From: Thermoproteota archaeon
GTDB taxonomy: Archaea > Thermoproteota > Thermoprotei_A > Sulfolobales > Ignisphaeraceae
Length of the DNA stretch: 64,000 bases
NCBI GenBank assembly: GCA_030550585.1
Contig: JAUQPB010000001.1
Location: forward strand, 1 to 64,000
Direction: 5' to 3'
The notes beneath the pieces were generated by a model. That model was not told the DNA's origin. It searched no databases and worked only from the letters and a program-made list of their open reading frames with translations. Positions 61,920 to 64,000 of this stretch are shown in pieces (position 1 is the stretch's first letter; every line of letters begins with the position of its first letter). Both the position numbers and the translations under genes were made by a program.

Positions 61920-62975
61920 TCACCTAACAACTATCTTGTATTTGGATACAAACTCCGCGACTATTGTGGCTGCAAACAGTGTTCCTATTATGGACTTCGC
62001 CAATGCATCGCCTATAGCAGCACTCCCAATTTGAAGAGCAAAGCTCAGTCTATATAGAGCAGCTGTATAGTAAGACGATATCACAATGCCTATTGGATTC
62101 AAGCCGCCGAGCCATGCAACCATTATGGATGTGAAGCCCATTCCGCTGCCAACAATGCTCCCCTCAACAAGCTTTCTATGGTAGACAAGAATCTCTGCAC
62201 CACCGACAAAACCTGCAAAGGCTCCTGATATGCAAAACGCTGCTAGTGCAAGTCTTTTGCTTGATATGCCAGCAAGCTCGACAGCCGCTATGCTAGAGCT
62301 TAGGGCTCTTAGCGATATCCCGAATCTTGTTTTGTAGAGCAGTAGATAAACTATGGCAACAAGCACAAAGGCTGTCACAACAATGTACCAAGAGAAGCTG
62401 TAGCCTGGTACCACAGGTAGCTTAGATGCATCTGGAATCATATCTGTTGTTGTATAGCCGTAGACCCCCCTGCCTCTCCAAGGGCCTTTGACTAGGTAGC
62501 TAGAGAAGTAATAGGCTATATAGTTCATTAGAAGGGTTGTAACAGCCTCGTTAACCCCTAGATAAAGCCTCATAACAGATGGTATGAGCGCCCACAGCAA
62601 TCCGATGATTGCTGCAAAAGCGAGGGAGGCTATCGGGGCTATATAATCCATTTTCCCAAGTGGTGTAAACAAGGCTATGTATGTTGCTCCTACAGCCCCC
62701 ATCACAAGCTGGCCTTCTGCACCAAGATTCCACAGATTTGCGTTGAACGCTATCGCCAAGCCGAGTGCAATTGGCAGGAAAACAGAGATGTATCTGAAAA
62801 CATTTAGATCTAAAAAGCTTTCAAAAGCTGTTCGAAGCGTTTCAGAAAATCCCAATCCTGTGGCAACAGATGTTATGTAGACTGCTATCAAAAACCCTAT
62901 GAATGCCGTTAAAAACCTCGTTAAAATGCTTAGACTTGGCGGCAAAACCCTTTTCACAACGACTATTCTAGCCAT
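61920..62975 (-). CDS. Nucleoside/sugar ABC permease
   Basis: WNLGAEGQ, VNEAVTTLLMNY, GFTSIMVAWLG. Confidence 0.9.
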   Translation of the reverse strand: MARIVVVKRVLPPSLSILTRFLTAFIGFLIAVYITSVATGLGFSETLRTAFESFLDLNVFRYISVFLPIALGLAIAFNANLWNLGAEGQLVMGAVGATYIALFTPLGKMDYIAPIASLAFAAIIGLLWALIPSVMRLYLGVNEAVTTLLMNYIAYYFSSYLVKGPWRGRGVYGYTTTDMIPDASKLPVVPGYSFSWYIVVTAFVLVAIVYLLLYKTRFGISLRALSSSIAAVELAGISSKRLALAAFCISGAFAGFVGGAEILVYHRKLVEGSIVGSGMGFTSIMVAWLGGLNPIGIVISSYYTAALYRLSFALQIGSAAIGDALAKSIIGTLFAATIVAEFVSKYKIVVR

Positions 62976-64000
62976 GCACCATAGCCTTCTCGATTTCACT
63001 TCTAAAACTCTCTAGATTGCCGCCCTCAAAAAGCTTAGCTATTCTACCATCCACCATAACAGCCACCTTATCCGATATCTGAACAGCCTCATCAACATCC
63101 TCTGTGATTAGAAGAACACCACCGCCTGACAGGCTAAACCTCTGTAAAATGTCTAGCACCAAAGCCCTCGACCTCTCATCAAGCATTCTCGTGGGGTTGT
63201 GAGCTACAACAACCTTCGGCATTGTTAGGAGGAGTCTGCTTATAGAGACCTTCTGAACATTTCCACCAGACAATTTAGATACTTGTATAGCTGGATTCTC
63301 AGGAACTATGCCAAGCTTCTTAATAGCGTCTAGAACAACATCCTGGCTCAGCCTCTCCCTAGCATACATCCTCATATTCTCGATTATCGATAGCGTTACT
63401 GCTGTACCCTCTTTGAATGGGTCTTCAGGTATGTATACAAGTCCTTTTCTGGTTCTCTCGCTCGGAGGGCTCTTCGTCACATCAAATCCATCGATCTTTA
63501 CAGAACCGCTTGAAGCTTTTCTGAGACCGGCTATAGCCTCCCCCAGCTCTTTTTCCCCATTCCCAGCAACACCAACAATAGATACAATCTCACCTGCTCT
63601 AACATCAATTGAAAGTCCATCCACAGCTGTTTTCCCGTAGTCGTCGAGAACAACCAGCTTATCGACTGAGAGAACATTTTTAGAATCTTTTGATAGTCTC
63701 TGCAAAAGCTGTCTCGAAACTAGTTTGAGATACTCCTCTGTTCCAAACATTGCATGGCGAAGCTCCGAGGGGTTGGCAGCACCATTGAAAACCCTAGCAA
63801 CTTTTCCACGCCTAAGTACAACAAATCTATTTCCTATCTCAAGCGCCTCCGGTATCTTGTGCGTAATATATATAACCGCTCTATTGTCTGACACAAACCT
63901 TCTTAGAATCTCAAAGAACTTTGTTTTCAGGTCTTGTGGCAGATATGTAGCCGCCTCATCAACTATTAGAAGCCTGGGGTTTATCAGCAAGGCTTTTGCC
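62968..64000 (-). CDS. Nucleoside/sugar ABC ATP-binding protein (5' end outside window)
   Basis: ITHK, GVAGNGEKEL, LSGGNVQK, double-ATPase architecture. Confidence 0.88.
   Translation of the reverse strand, partial: AKALLINPRLLIVDEAATYLPQDLKTKFFEILRRFVSDNRAVIYITHKIPEALEIGNRFVVLRRGKVARVFNGAANPSELRHAMFGTEEYLKLVSRQLLQRLSKDSKNVLSVDKLVVLDDYGKTAVDGLSIDVRAGEIVSIVGVAGNGEKELGEAIAGLRKASSGSVKIDGFDVTKSPPSERTRKGLVYIPEDPFKEGTAVTLSIIENMRMYARERLSQDVVLDAIKKLGIVPENPAIQVSKLSGGNVQKVSISRLLLTMPKVVVAHNPTRMLDERSRALVLDILQRFSLSGGGVLLITEDVDEAVQISDKVAVMVDGRIAKLFEGGNLESFRSEIEKAMVHG

Noticed and set aside
1-64000. tRNA/rRNA genes, intact transposases or integrases; numerous short antisense ORFs in the track
   Set aside because: None were recognised by eye; the short antisense ORFs are shadows of real genes.

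Overview
64 kb of a hyperthermophilic crenarchaeal chromosome. The archaeal BRE/TATA promoters, GGTGA ribosome-binding sites, C/D-box sRNAs, an archaellin and paREP-like genes suggest a Desulfurococcales/Ignisphaera-like organism (inference). The window opens with the leader end of a CRISPR array: 12 repeats of 24 bp, transcribed on the minus strand, with no cas gene in the window. Most of the rest is sugar catabolism, ABC transporters, repair and housekeeping genes, with many decayed genes. Features missed by the ORF track: (1) a 48-aa Cys-rich RiPP-like precursor gene with its own promoter, lying between a divergent ArsR regulator and a decayed ABC exporter and followed by a guaA 3'-end scar; (2) a 140-nt rod hairpin whose arm differences are almost all G-U pairs on one strand; (3) six C/D-box guide sRNAs, four of them within 400 bp; (4) a 26-bp templated insertion, copied from a neighbouring gene, that breaks an MFS gene; (5) a headless hydrophobic toxin-like ORF followed by two paralogous membrane proteins; (6) an mfnB-like remnant next to an mtrH-like gene; (7) two coiled-coil paralogs sharing a 93-bp identical block. 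All family assignments come from motif recognition, not database searches.
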